This document shows, piece after piece, positions 40,270 through 50,249 of a stretch of DNA of 64,000 nt. Position numbers and translations under genes: made by a program. Source of the DNA: Longimicrobiales bacterium (lineage in GTDB: Bacteria; Gemmatimonadota; Gemmatimonadetes; Longimicrobiales; Gaopeijiaceae); the NCBI GenBank assembly GCA_965248195.1, contig CBDFIQ010000001.1:640001-704000 (forward strand), in the 5' to 3' direction. Numbering within the stretch: the first letter of the stretch is position 1; every line of letters begins with the position of its first letter. The notes under the pieces were generated by a model. That model was given only the letters and a program-made list of their open reading frames with translations. It ran no database searches and was not told the origin of the DNA.

Positions 40270-41300
40270 TGCGACCACGGTCATACTCTCGTCCGCGACG
40301 CTGAGCTTCTCATCGGTGGGTGAGACACACCAGCTTACTGCGACTGTCAGTGATCAGAACGGGGCTGCGATGAGCGGAGCGTCAGTTGCGTAGGCGTCCT
40401 CCGCGACAACCGTCGCGAGCGTCTCGTCCACGGGCCTCGTCACGGCCGCAGCCGACGGAACGGCAACGATCATGGCGACTTCGGGCTCCGCGACCGAAGC
40501 TGCGTCTGTCACCGTCCAGCAGGTTGCGGCCTCGATCACGCTGTCGCCGATGCAGTTGAGCTTCTCGTCGGTGGGTGAGACACAACAGCTTGCCGCGACG
40601 GTCAATGATCAGAACGGGGCTGCGATGAGCGGAGCGTCAGTTGCCTGGGCGTCCTCCGCGTCAACCGTAGCGAGCGTCTCGGCCACGGGCCTCGTCACAG
40701 CCGAAGCCGACGGAACGGCAACGATCATGGCGACTTCGGGCTCCGCGACCGAAGCTGCGTCTGTCACCGTCCAGCAGGTTGCGGCCTCGATCGTACTTTC
40801 GCCGACGCAGTTGAGCTTCTCATCGGTGGGCGAGACACAACAGCTCACCGCGACCGTCCATGATCAGAACGGGGCTGCGATCAGCGGTGCATCACTTACG
40901 TGGTCGTCCTCTGCGTCAACCGTCGCGAGCGTCTCGTCCACGGGCCTCGTCACAGCCGAAGCCGACGGGACGGCAACGATCACGGCGACTGCGGGCTCCG
41001 CGACCGAAGCTGCGTCTGTCACCGTGCAGCAGGTTGCGGCCTCGATCACGCTGTCGCGGACACGGTTGAGCTTCTCATCGGTGGGTGAAACACGACAGCT
41101 TAACGCGACCGTCCGTGATCAGAACGGGGTTACGATCAGCGGTGCATCACTTACGTGGTCGTCGGACCACCCAGGCGTCGTGAGGGTCAGTAGTAGTGGG
41201 CAGGTAACGGCCGTATCAGTCGGGTCGGCAACGATCTCGGTCGAGGTCACGGGCGGCAATCAGCGGGTGACCCAAAGCCTATCGGTTACCGTCGAACCGC
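40270..41300 (+). repeat. Four tandem 255-bp repeats (85-aa Ig-like units)
   Basis: Anchor GAGCTTCTC recurs at 40303, 40558, 40813 and 41068; boundaries approximate. Confidence 0.9.
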
Positions 41301-41562
41301 CGGTCTTGGAGCCCAGCGACCTCTGCACTCAAAACGTCGGCACTGCGACCGCGACGTTCGAGGACTCGAGGCTAGAGGCGGTGATCAGGTGGGCACTCTC
41401 GATCGGTTCTCAGGACGCACTCACATGCAACCTGCTCTCGAGCATCACCGAACTGCGGGTCGAGAACACGGGGCACCCGAACAGGGAGATAAGCTTGGTT
41501 GGGATTCAGAATCTTACCGGCTTGGCGGACCTCTCACTCAACGGCTGGGGGGGGGGATCGCC

Positions 41563-41760
41563 GACATGAGCGCCCTGAGCGGGCTCACGAGCCTGACGAG
41601 GCTCTACCTCGTCTTCAACGAGATCTTCGACATCAGCGCCCTGAGCGGGCTCACGAGCCTGACGTTGCTCGACCTCTACGGCAACTTGATCACCGACATC
41701 AGCACGTTGAGCGGACTCACGGGCCTGACGGACCTCTGGCTCACGCAAAATCGGAACCTG
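41563..41760 (+). repeat. Three 66-bp repeats (22-aa LRR units)
   Basis: DISALSGLTSLTxLxLxxNxI units starting at 41563, 41629 and 41695. Confidence 0.85.
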
Positions 41761-42060
41761 AGCAATATCCAGCCTCTGCTGGATAACACAGGGCTCGGAG
41801 CGGGCGACACTGTCTTCCTTGGGTCCACAAGCGTGAGTTGCGCGGACGTGGCTGTGCTGCAAGCCAAGGGAGTGACGGTGAGCTCCGGCTGTCCGTAAAG
41901 CCCCGCCAGATCCCCTGGCTTCACGTCTTCGTGGAGGGCGTGGTGATCGTCGGCAAACAGCCTATCCGTCCTCCTACTCGTAGGGCTCCACGTCCTTCAG
42001 ATCACGCACGCTCAAGAACTCGATCTCTTGGGCATCGGGCTGCTGATCGCCTTATTCGCA

Positions 42061-43839
42061 TCAGGCGGCCGCTCCGCGGCCGCGACCCCGAACGGCCCGT
42101 CCAGCCCGTGCGCCGGTCTGCTCACCGTCTCTCAGTGTCACCTGGCCATTCACCACCACGAGGGGGATACCGAGGGGATACTGATGGGGATCCTCGAAGG
42201 TGGCCTGATCGGCTACGGTGGTGGGGTCGAACGCCACGAGATCGGCAAACGCACCGGGCTCGACCACGCCTCGGTCGGCCAGGCCGATCTTTCGCGCCGG
42301 CAGAGCCGTCACCTTGTGCACGGCCAGCTCCAAAGGCAGTGCTCCGGACCGCACGTAGTGACCCATCAGACGTGGAAATGTCCCATACCCCCGGGGGTGG
42401 GGAGAGCCCCCCGAGAGGGCTCCGTACGGGGCATACGACCCCCCGTCCGAGCACACCATGCCGAGCGGATGGGCCAGGATCTCAGCCGTGTTCTCCTCCG
42501 ACATCCCGAACCCGATCATCCCCACACCGTTCCGCTCCTCGACGATCAAACGGACGGTGAGCGCGAACGGTTCCTCGCCCCTCTCCTGCGCCAACTCCCC
42601 CAGACGACGGCCCCGCACGTATGCGTTACGGGCGGTCCGGGTGGAGCTGATCTGCACGGCATCCCAAGAGCCCAGGAGTGCCACTTTTGCACGTGCCAAG
42701 CGCTCGATCGCCGGAAGCTGGGCGGGATCTTGCAGACGACGGATGAAGGCACCGCTCCCGCCCGCCCGCGCCCACGCGGGAAAGAGATTGGAAAGCCCCG
42801 TGGCGTAAGCGACGTAGGGATATCGATCGAAGTGAACATCGAGGCCGGCGGCCCGAGCCGCCTCAATGGACCGAAGAACGGCGTTCGCCTTCCACCAATT
42901 CCGTTCGCCCTGGGCCTTGAGATGCGATACCTGAACCGGTACCCCAGCCATCCGGCCCACGTGGAGGGTCTCCTCGACCGCCGCGAAGAGGCCATCGTCC
43001 TCGTTGCGCATGTGAGACGCATACGGATAGCCGGTCCCCCGTAGCTCCCTGGCGAGCTCCACGAGCTCATTCACGTCGGCGAAGGATCCGGGTGTGTACT
43101 CCAGACCCGACGAAAATCCCACCGCACCCTGATCGAGCGCCTCCCCGATCAGTCCGCGCATACGCTGTATCTCATCTTCCGTGGCGGGTCGATCTGCTCC
43201 GCCGACCACCAGTCCCCGGATGGTCCCGTGGCCGATCATGGTGGCGAGGTTTACGGTGGCGGGAGCGCGGTCCAGCCGATCCAGAAACCCTCCGAGGTCC
43301 CGGAAGTCGATGTCGACTCCGTATGCATCACGGTATCGATCGCGTATGCCTCGGAACCCGGCGTCGGACATAGGACCCACCGAGTTTCCGTCCTGGCCCA
43401 CGATCTCCAACGTGACCCCCTGGCGGACGCGGCTCTCCGCGTTCGGGTTGACTAGGAGAGAGAGGTCGGCATGGGAGTGGATGTCGATGAACCCAGGCGC
43501 AAGGGCCATCCCGGCCAGGTCGATCTCCTCGGACCCGGTCGCCGCGACCCTTCCCACTTCGGTGATACGATCACCCGTGACCGCAACGTCCAACTCCATC
43601 CCGGGCGCGCCCGTACCGTCGAACACCGTAGCGCGGCGCAGGACCAGATCCGGCTCGGCTCCGGAGCTGATCCCAGGCGCGATTCCGGTGGTATTCTCGG
43701 TGGCGATCCCGCGTCCGACGCGGCCTCGGGCAAGGCCGAGGCCCAGAGCTCCGGCCGCCCCGGCTGCACCGATCAGACTACCGGTTCGAATGAAGGCGCG
43801 ACGTTTCAAAACGAGCCTCTCAAGACGACCCTCCCTCAT
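42061..43839 (-). CDS. N-acyl-D-amino-acid deacylase (D-aminoacylase), Tat-exported
   Basis: KRRAFI Tat motif; APGFIDIHSHAD, SHMRNE, SHLK, HPRGYGTFPR. Confidence 0.9.
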   Translation of the reverse strand: MREGRLERLVLKRRAFIRTGSLIGAAGAAGALGLGLARGRVGRGIATENTTGIAPGISSGAEPDLVLRRATVFDGTGAPGMELDVAVTGDRITEVGRVAATGSEEIDLAGMALAPGFIDIHSHADLSLLVNPNAESRVRQGVTLEIVGQDGNSVGPMSDAGFRGIRDRYRDAYGVDIDFRDLGGFLDRLDRAPATVNLATMIGHGTIRGLVVGGADRPATEDEIQRMRGLIGEALDQGAVGFSSGLEYTPGSFADVNELVELARELRGTGYPYASHMRNEDDGLFAAVEETLHVGRMAGVPVQVSHLKAQGERNWWKANAVLRSIEAARAAGLDVHFDRYPYVAYATGLSNLFPAWARAGGSGAFIRRLQDPAQLPAIERLARAKVALLGSWDAVQISSTRTARNAYVRGRRLGELAQERGEEPFALTVRLIVEERNGVGMIGFGMSEENTAEILAHPLGMVCSDGGSYAPYGALSGGSPHPRGYGTFPRLMGHYVRSGALPLELAVHKVTALPARKIGLADRGVVEPGAFADLVAFDPTTVADQATFEDPHQYPLGIPLVVVNGQVTLRDGEQTGARAGRAVRGRGRGAAA

Positions 43840-44909
43840 CCACCGGTCCGCTCCTCGGGCCGACCTGCCTCATTCCAGGCCGGCGCGCTGGAGGCATCAG
43901 CAAGCGCCCGCACGGCCATGATGATCGTCTCGACGGCCAACACAATATGGTCGAGGTCCACCTTGTCCACCTCGTCGGAAGGACGGTGGTAGTCGCTGTG
44001 CAAGTTGAACGAAGACAGTGTGTGCGCCGGAATCCCCTCGTATGCGAACCTCACGTTGTCGCTCCGGAAGAAAAAGTTTTGGTCGGGATACGGATCGGCA
44101 ATGACCGGAACCCCCAGAGACGAAAAAATCTCTCCCACCGTGGAGCGGTCGTAACCGGTGGCCCACAACATGCCCGGACCACCGGCCAAACTGTCCGGCC
44201 GCCCGATCATCTCGACCTGTAGCTGAGCGACCGTCTGATCGAGGGGCAGGGCGGGGTGATCTAAATACCACCGGCTTCCCAAGCCCCCGACCTCTTCACC
44301 TGTAAACAGAGCGAAGACCACAGTTCTCCGGGGGGGCCTTCCGGAAGCGAGGTCTCGCGCGGCCTCCAACACGGCCACCACACCGGACGCGTCGTCATCG
44401 GCGCCGTTGTAGATGGAATCCCCGTCCACGGGACGCCCCACGCCGACATGATCGAAGTGAGCGCCGACGACGATCACCTCGTCGGCCACCGTGGGGTCCG
44501 AGCCATGGACGATCCCAATGAGATTACGGTCCGAGATGAACTCCTTCGCCGAATCGGGGAACGTGTCCGCGGCCTCCGCCGTAACGACGCGGGACCCACC
44601 ATTGGGCAGCGTCAAACGCACGGCAGCGATCTCCTGGACATACCCGGAGGTCCCCGCCGGAGCCACTCCCGCGTCGTCGAATTCCGCGGCGATCAATCGG
44701 GCAGCCATCGCCGATCCGAGGGTTCCTACGGATCGCCCCGCCATCGAATCTGCGGCAAGGGAGCTGAGAAGTCTCTGGACCCGGGTGGGCCGGGACTCGA
44801 ACCCCATCACGTTGGAAAATCCGCAGGCCGACACAGCGAGGAAGAGCGCCGCGGCCGGAGCCTTACGGGTGGATTTTACCATCCCATCTCCCATCGGGGG
44901 ATCGAACAT
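43836..44909 (-). CDS. M28 family metallopeptidase (lipoprotein)
   Basis: GAHFDH, NGADDDASG, FTGEE, RSDN, DYHRPSD. Confidence 0.9.
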   Translation of the reverse strand: MFDPPMGDGMVKSTRKAPAAALFLAVSACGFSNVMGFESRPTRVQRLLSSLAADSMAGRSVGTLGSAMAARLIAAEFDDAGVAPAGTSGYVQEIAAVRLTLPNGGSRVVTAEAADTFPDSAKEFISDRNLIGIVHGSDPTVADEVIVVGAHFDHVGVGRPVDGDSIYNGADDDASGVVAVLEAARDLASGRPPRRTVVFALFTGEEVGGLGSRWYLDHPALPLDQTVAQLQVEMIGRPDSLAGGPGMLWATGYDRSTVGEIFSSLGVPVIADPYPDQNFFFRSDNVRFAYEGIPAHTLSSFNLHSDYHRPSDEVDKVDLDHIVLAVETIIMAVRALADASSAPAWNEAGRPEERTGG

Positions 44910-45000
44910 TGTTTGTCCAAGATGCCGGCCTTACGCCCTTGGGGACAGAGGTTCGTGTCGGTAGCTTGCACGATCCCAAACGTACATCTCTTGGATTGTA

Positions 45001-45984
45001 ATGAGCGACTTTATAGACCTGGCCGTAGTTGGAGCAGGACCTTGCGGGATCGCCGTGGGAGCCGCCGCGGCCACGGCCGGACTCCGGGCCACCCTCTACG
45101 ACAGGGGGTGCATCACCAATTCCCTGGTGGACTACCCCTACTACATGACGTTCTTTAGTACGGCGCGAAAGTTGGAGATCGGGGACGTTCCGTTTACGAT
45201 CGCCGACAGCAAGCCGACCCGGAGGGAGGCGCTCGGTTACTACCGGCGTGTGGTCCAGTTCTACGACCTGGACGTTCGGCAATACGAGGAGGTCACGTCG
45301 ATCGAGGGCCAACGAGGGGACTTTCTACTGCACACCAGAGCGCGGTCGGGAGCGGAAGGCACTCTTCGGGCCAGGGCGGTCGTAGTAGCGACGGGGGGAT
45401 TTCACGAGCCGAACTATCTGGACGTGCCGGGAGAGGATCTCCCCAAGGTGAAGCACTACTACCAAGAGCCGTACCCCTTCTACGACCAAGACGTACTCGT
45501 CGTCGGAGCCGGAAACTCCTCAGTAGAGTCGGCCCTGGAAACATACCGGGCCGGGGCGAGGGTAAGCATAGTTCATATTTTCGGCGAGATCGACGGAGGC
45601 GTGAAGCCGTGGGTGGTCCCCGACATCCAAAACCGGTTGAAGAACGGCGAGATCGAGGTCTATTGGCGACATCGGATCGAAGAGATCCGTTCCACCAGCG
45701 TCGTACTCTGGGACATGGACTCGGAAGGGAGGGTGGAGATCCCGAACGATTGGGTGCTCGCCATGACGGGCTGGCGGCCGGATCGCCAATTCATCTCGGG
45801 ACTCGGCATCGACATCGATGACGAGACCGGCATTCCCTCCCACGACCCGGATTCGATGGAGACCAACATACCCGGCATCTACATCGCTGGAGTCCTGGCG
45901 GCGGGTTATAACGCGAACAAGATCTTCATCGAAAACGGCAAGTTTCACGGACCCAAAATCGTCGAGACGGTGGCCGCCGGCTGA
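45001..45984 (+). CDS. YpdA family putative bacillithiol disulfide reductase
   Basis: GAGPCG, YPYYMTFFST, KPTRREALGYY, HYYQEPYP, IFIENGKFH. Confidence 0.85.
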   Translation: MSDFIDLAVVGAGPCGIAVGAAAATAGLRATLYDRGCITNSLVDYPYYMTFFSTARKLEIGDVPFTIADSKPTRREALGYYRRVVQFYDLDVRQYEEVTSIEGQRGDFLLHTRARSGAEGTLRARAVVVATGGFHEPNYLDVPGEDLPKVKHYYQEPYPFYDQDVLVVGAGNSSVESALETYRAGARVSIVHIFGEIDGGVKPWVVPDIQNRLKNGEIEVYWRHRIEEIRSTSVVLWDMDSEGRVEIPNDWVLAMTGWRPDRQFISGLGIDIDDETGIPSHDPDSMETNIPGIYIAGVLAAGYNANKIFIENGKFHGPKIVETVAAG

Positions 45985-45993
45985 ACAGGCCTG

Positions 45994-46542
45994 CTACAAC
46001 GGGAGCCCACCCCAGCGCATCATCAGGCCAGCCCGCAGAGTCCACTGCCTGAGATCTGCGCTCGTGGCAGGGCCCTCCGTCATGAACTCGTATCGGCCTT
46101 CGGCAAAGATCCCGAAGCCGGGGAGACGGATCTCCGAACCCGCACCGGTGAAGAAGCCGTCGTCATCCAGGATCAGGCTATTACTCGGATCTTCCAGATC
46201 ACGCCACGTGCGCCCGAACGTGACGTATGGCCGCAGGACCGGAAGGGAGAGGATCCCGAGTTTCACCCCCAGGGACCAGCCCTTGAAGTCACAGCCACTA
46301 CATGCAGGCCGGAACAGCGTTCCAGCAGCGAACACTTCCAGCGGAAGCATCGGGAGGCTCACGCCCGCCTGGGCCCCGATCCCATTGGTCCCTTCGAAAC
46401 TGTCTCGAGCCCGGGCCCCGAACACCCCTCCGACCAACTGGCCATCCGCGGGGATGGGGCCAAACAAGGCACCGATGGTCAATACGGCTAACGCGAATTT
46501 CGCCACAGTCATCTTCTCCCGGGTCGAACGGTCCTTCATCAT
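45994..46542 (-). CDS. Small outer-membrane beta-barrel protein
   Basis: Signal peptide; alternating strands RPYVTFG, FAEGRYEF. Confidence 0.6.
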   Translation of the reverse strand: MMKDRSTREKMTVAKFALAVLTIGALFGPIPADGQLVGGVFGARARDSFEGTNGIGAQAGVSLPMLPLEVFAAGTLFRPACSGCDFKGWSLGVKLGILSLPVLRPYVTFGRTWRDLEDPSNSLILDDDGFFTGAGSEIRLPGFGIFAEGRYEFMTEGPATSADLRQWTLRAGLMMRWGGLPL

Positions 46543-46638
46543 GCGTTACTTTGTGGGCGTCTCACCGATCCTGCATCGCAGAGGTCCGACGCACCCGTCT
46601 CTGTGCAATAACCACGGATCGCCGAGAGGGTTCCCGAA

Positions 46639-46896
46639 ATGGGCGTTTTCGAGTTCATCATCGCGTTGGTCGTCATCTCCACCGTCGGCAGGATCATCGC
46701 GGCGCGGAGGCGGCCAATGCGTCTCCCCGGTGAGTCCTTCCAACTCGACGCCGAGGAACTCCACCGCGTCCGCGATACTATCGCCGATTTGGGCACCCGC
46801 TTGGAACGACTCGAAGAGGAACGCGATTTTTACAAAGATCTTCTCGAGCCCCCACCCACCCGCAGCACGCTCCCGCCCCCCGATTCGGATTCGTGA
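46639..46896 (+). CDS. Small membrane-anchored coiled-coil protein
   Basis: One N-terminal TM, then RLERLEEERDFYKDLL. Confidence 0.65.
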   Translation: MGVFEFIIALVVISTVGRIIAARRRPMRLPGESFQLDAEELHRVRDTIADLGTRLERLEEERDFYKDLLEPPPTRSTLPPPDSDS

Positions 46897-46940
46897 GAAT
46901 CGTCCTTGCGTTCTCGGAAGGGGAGTATCCACCTTAGAAG

Positions 46941-48458
46941 ATGACGATCATGACGTTCGAGCGAGTCATCACGAGCAGCATCGACGGTATCTTCGCCTGT
47001 GACGCCTCGTTCAACATCACCGTGTGGAATCCCGGAATGGAGTTCATCACCGGGGTTACCAGAGAAGATGCGGTCGATCGTCCTCTGCTAGGCGTCTTTC
47101 CACGGCTGGAGGAGACCGGTGACCACGCCTCTCTACTGGAAGCCCTGGCCGGAGAGACGACGATCGCCAAGGAGAGCAGTTATTCGCTCGGAGACGGGGA
47201 TCAGCCTGTATTCTTCGAGATCCACTTCTCTCCGCTCCGAAACGAAAAGGGAGACGGAGTCGGCGGCGTAGCTTTTTTCCGGAACATCATGGAACGTAAG
47301 CTCGCAGAGCAGGCCTTGAAGGATCTCTCGGTAAGAGATCCGCTTACCAACCTTTATAACCGCAGATACTTCAACAAGCGCATCGAGGAGGAGATTTCCC
47401 GCGCGACTCGCCAAAAGAGTCGGTTCGCACTCCTCCTTTGTGACCTGGACAATTTCAAGAAGGTCAATGATTCGCGTAGCCACCAATTCGGTGACGAGAT
47501 GCTGACGGCTGCGGGCCAGGGGATTCAGGACGCCACGCGGGACGTCGACTTCGTCTTCCGATGGGGAGGAGACGAGTTCGTCGTGATTCTGCTGGTCGAC
47601 GATCGACAGGGCATCATCGATGCGGGAGAGCGGATACGAGCACGGATCGTAGAGCTGGGGAGGGAGAAGCAGTTCCCACTCGATCTGAGCATCGGCGTCG
47701 CCTCGTTCCCCGAGCACGGGGAAAACTCGAACCAACTCATCCGCCTCGCCGACCGAGCCCTTTACATCGCTAAGAAGAGGGGCGACAAGATCCATATCGG
47801 GGAAGAGGAATACGAGTTGGACGATGGCGTGATCAACGTCGTCTTTCAGCCCATCGTGGACACAATGTCTAGGCAGGTGATCGGACACGAAGCTCTGAGC
47901 CGGTCTTCGACGGAGGAGTTCGGCATCCAAGAGCTCTTCAGAAAGTATCGTTCGATCGGCAAACTTCTCGAACTGAAGGAGATCTGCTTCCGTAAGCAGA
48001 TCGAGACAGCGGAAGCCCAAGGGCTGGATCGGGTGTTCATAAACGTCGATTTCAAGCTTTTGGAACACCTGGGGCGCCGAAAGATTCCGGCCGATGTCGC
48101 CGTGACCCAGGAATGGAGAGCAGAAGGATTCAAGTTCGCGTTCGACGACTTCGGTGTGGGCTTCATCTCCCTTCCGTTCCTCGCCGACCTGGAGCCGGAG
48201 TACATCAAGCTGGACCGGCTCACGATGCTACAGGCCGTGGCCTCCGACGAGTTTCGGAAATTCCTGAACCACGTGGTGCTGGGGTTGAGGCAATACGCCC
48301 GCCAGGGAATCGTGGCCGAAGGGATCGAGTCGGAGGAGGAGCTCGGTGTCGCGAAGCAGATTGGGGTCCACCTCGTCCAGGGTTATCTCTTCGGCCAGCC
48401 CGGACCGATCACCCTCAAGGAGCCTGGATCCATGCAGCTTCCCATGGGCGCGTCCTGA
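46941..48458 (+). CDS. PAS-GGDEF-EAL protein (diguanylate cyclase; EAL domain apparently degenerate)
   Basis: PAS (WNPGME); DPLTNLYNRR, RxxD I-site, RWGGDEF; EAL, DDFGVG, AEGIE, QGY. Confidence 0.88.
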   Translation: MTIMTFERVITSSIDGIFACDASFNITVWNPGMEFITGVTREDAVDRPLLGVFPRLEETGDHASLLEALAGETTIAKESSYSLGDGDQPVFFEIHFSPLRNEKGDGVGGVAFFRNIMERKLAEQALKDLSVRDPLTNLYNRRYFNKRIEEEISRATRQKSRFALLLCDLDNFKKVNDSRSHQFGDEMLTAAGQGIQDATRDVDFVFRWGGDEFVVILLVDDRQGIIDAGERIRARIVELGREKQFPLDLSIGVASFPEHGENSNQLIRLADRALYIAKKRGDKIHIGEEEYELDDGVINVVFQPIVDTMSRQVIGHEALSRSSTEEFGIQELFRKYRSIGKLLELKEICFRKQIETAEAQGLDRVFINVDFKLLEHLGRRKIPADVAVTQEWRAEGFKFAFDDFGVGFISLPFLADLEPEYIKLDRLTMLQAVASDEFRKFLNHVVLGLRQYARQGIVAEGIESEEELGVAKQIGVHLVQGYLFGQPGPITLKEPGSMQLPMGAS

Positions 48459-48491
48459 GCTAGACCGGATCCTACCAACATCCTTGGAGAG

Positions 48492-49067
48492 CTACGCGCC
48501 GTCCGGCGTACTCAGGGCGTTGATCCTTTGGATGATTTCATCCGTAATATCCAGCGTCGGACCAATGTAGACCAAGCCGCTCTGGATGGCATTGAAGATG
48601 AGAGTGTAGCCGTCCTCCTCGCCCATCACCTCGATGATCTGAGCAATCATCTCCGTGATCTCCAACGTCAGTTCGTTCTGCCGCAGGCCTAGTTCCTGCT
48701 GAACATCCTCCTGCAGGCGGTTTAATCGGAGCATCAGATCCTCAACGTCCCGTTGGAGCCGCGCAGCCTCCGGGCTACCTGGGGGCGCTGTAATCGCCTG
48801 CTGCTGAAGGGTATTTATCTCATCCTGCTGGACCTGCAACTCTCCAACTCTCTGATCACGCAGTTGATTAAAAAGCGCGAGGGCCTGCTGACCAGGCTGC
48901 GACTCCGCCATGACACGGTCGGCGTTGAAGACGCCGACCTTCCCACCCACGACCTCCTGCGCTGCGAGCGGAAATCCCGCTAGGATCGAGGCAAGGGCAG
49001 CCACCAACACCGCGAACGAACCTCTTCCCAAAGCCACACGGCTCGGCATCGACATCTCCTTCGCCAC
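48492..49067 (-). CDS. OmpH/Skp family periplasmic chaperone
   Basis: Signal peptide, KVGVFN, coiled coil, GYTLIF...LDITDEII. Confidence 0.85.
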   Translation of the reverse strand: MAKEMSMPSRVALGRGSFAVLVAALASILAGFPLAAQEVVGGKVGVFNADRVMAESQPGQQALALFNQLRDQRVGELQVQQDEINTLQQQAITAPPGSPEAARLQRDVEDLMLRLNRLQEDVQQELGLRQNELTLEITEMIAQIIEVMGEEDGYTLIFNAIQSGLVYIGPTLDITDEIIQRINALSTPDGA

Positions 49068-49139
49068 AAAATTATCTAGGAAAAACCAACGAAAATTTGC
49101 TACACCACACGGGCTGTGCGGTTGCGTGGACGTCTCCAG

Positions 49140-50249
49140 CTACGCCGAAGTCCAACCCGGACCCAACGCACGGATCCCAGCAGGTGGCCCTGTCGGCGAA
49201 CCCACCGTCACCTGCCCGCCGTTTGACACGTCCCTATGCACGTAACCGAATCCGATCGGGCCACTCCGGCGGGGGGATTCCACTACGCTCGTGACCTCAC
49301 CCACCACCCGATCTTCTCGAAACAAATCGGCTCCGGTTTTCGGTGCCGGGCCTTCCGCCAACAGCAATCCTCTCAAGGAACGGTTGACGTGCCCCCGGTC
49401 ACGGATCCGCACGACGACTTCCTGGCCGGTGTAGCACCCTTTCGTGTGGTCCACGGCTCGATCCACGAGTCCGGTCTCCGAAAGGATCGTCGACTCATCC
49501 ATGTCCCCACCGTATGCCGGCCGGCCCGCCTCGACCCGGAGCGTTTCCCATGCGCCCGTACCGATCGGAGTTGCACCCGCCTCGATGAGGCCATCCCACA
49601 TTTCCCTGAGGCGAGGGGCGGAGACGAAAAGGTCCCAGGCAGGCACGTCCACGTCGCAGGTCCTCACCACCCGAACGCCCCCCCTCCCGACCATGCTGCG
49701 TGCGGTGCCCCCTTTGCCCCTGTCCCCGTCCTCCCGGACCTCTAGGAATTCGCCTTCGGCTAGACCCTCGACCTCGGCTGCGCGGGATCCCGAATCAAAG
49801 ACGATCTCCGCGATCGTCTCCGGCGCCTCCGGTCCGAGAACCGTTAGCAGCCCGGATTCGGCGGTGACGTCTTCGATGGTCGCCAAACGGGGCGGCACAT
49901 ATCGCTTCAGGTGTGCCAGCAGCGGCTCGATTGCCGCTGCCGGTATGTCCAGAAACAGGCTCTCCTCGTCCGGATCCGGACCCCACATCGCACGCAGGTC
50001 CGCGATCATCCGACCCTTAGGGGTGAGGACCGCAGAGTACTCGACCCGGCCCCCTACCAGACCCTCTCGAGACAGGCTCGGAGCACTCGGCATACGTCCT
50101 GTAAGGACACCCTGGAGGGCGGCGATCGGGGCACGTCCCAGAACGAGCAGCCGAGCCCGATGGCTGCGATCACGAATGGCGAGTCCCTCCCGGGCGGCCC
50201 AGTACTCTGCCGCAGGGTCCCCGTAGTGTCTCGGGAGTACCTCACACAT
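49140..50249 (-). CDS. YgfZ/GcvT-like folate-binding protein
   Basis: LTPKGR, LRVEAG, KGCYTGQE motif. Confidence 0.85.
   Translation of the reverse strand: MCEVLPRHYGDPAAEYWAAREGLAIRDRSHRARLLVLGRAPIAALQGVLTGRMPSAPSLSREGLVGGRVEYSAVLTPKGRMIADLRAMWGPDPDEESLFLDIPAAAIEPLLAHLKRYVPPRLATIEDVTAESGLLTVLGPEAPETIAEIVFDSGSRAAEVEGLAEGEFLEVREDGDRGKGGTARSMVGRGGVRVVRTCDVDVPAWDLFVSAPRLREMWDGLIEAGATPIGTGAWETLRVEAGRPAYGGDMDESTILSETGLVDRAVDHTKGCYTGQEVVVRIRDRGHVNRSLRGLLLAEGPAPKTGADLFREDRVVGEVTSVVESPRRSGPIGFGYVHRDVSNGGQVTVGSPTGPPAGIRALGPGWTSA

Larger units (their letters stand above)
40196..41898 (+). pseudogene. Surface lipoprotein with 4 Ig-like (Big_2) repeats and internalin-like LRRs, interrupted by a TAG (40391-40393) and a frameshift at G10 (41547-41556)
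   Basis: Lipobox LGAC; three ORF pieces join into one coherent protein; TAG aligns with TGG in the sister repeats. Confidence 0.8.

Noticed and set aside
40391..40393. Pyrrolysine or amber recoding
   Set aside because: Aligns with Trp (TGG) in sister repeats, all other TAGs in the window act as stops, and no pyl genes are seen.
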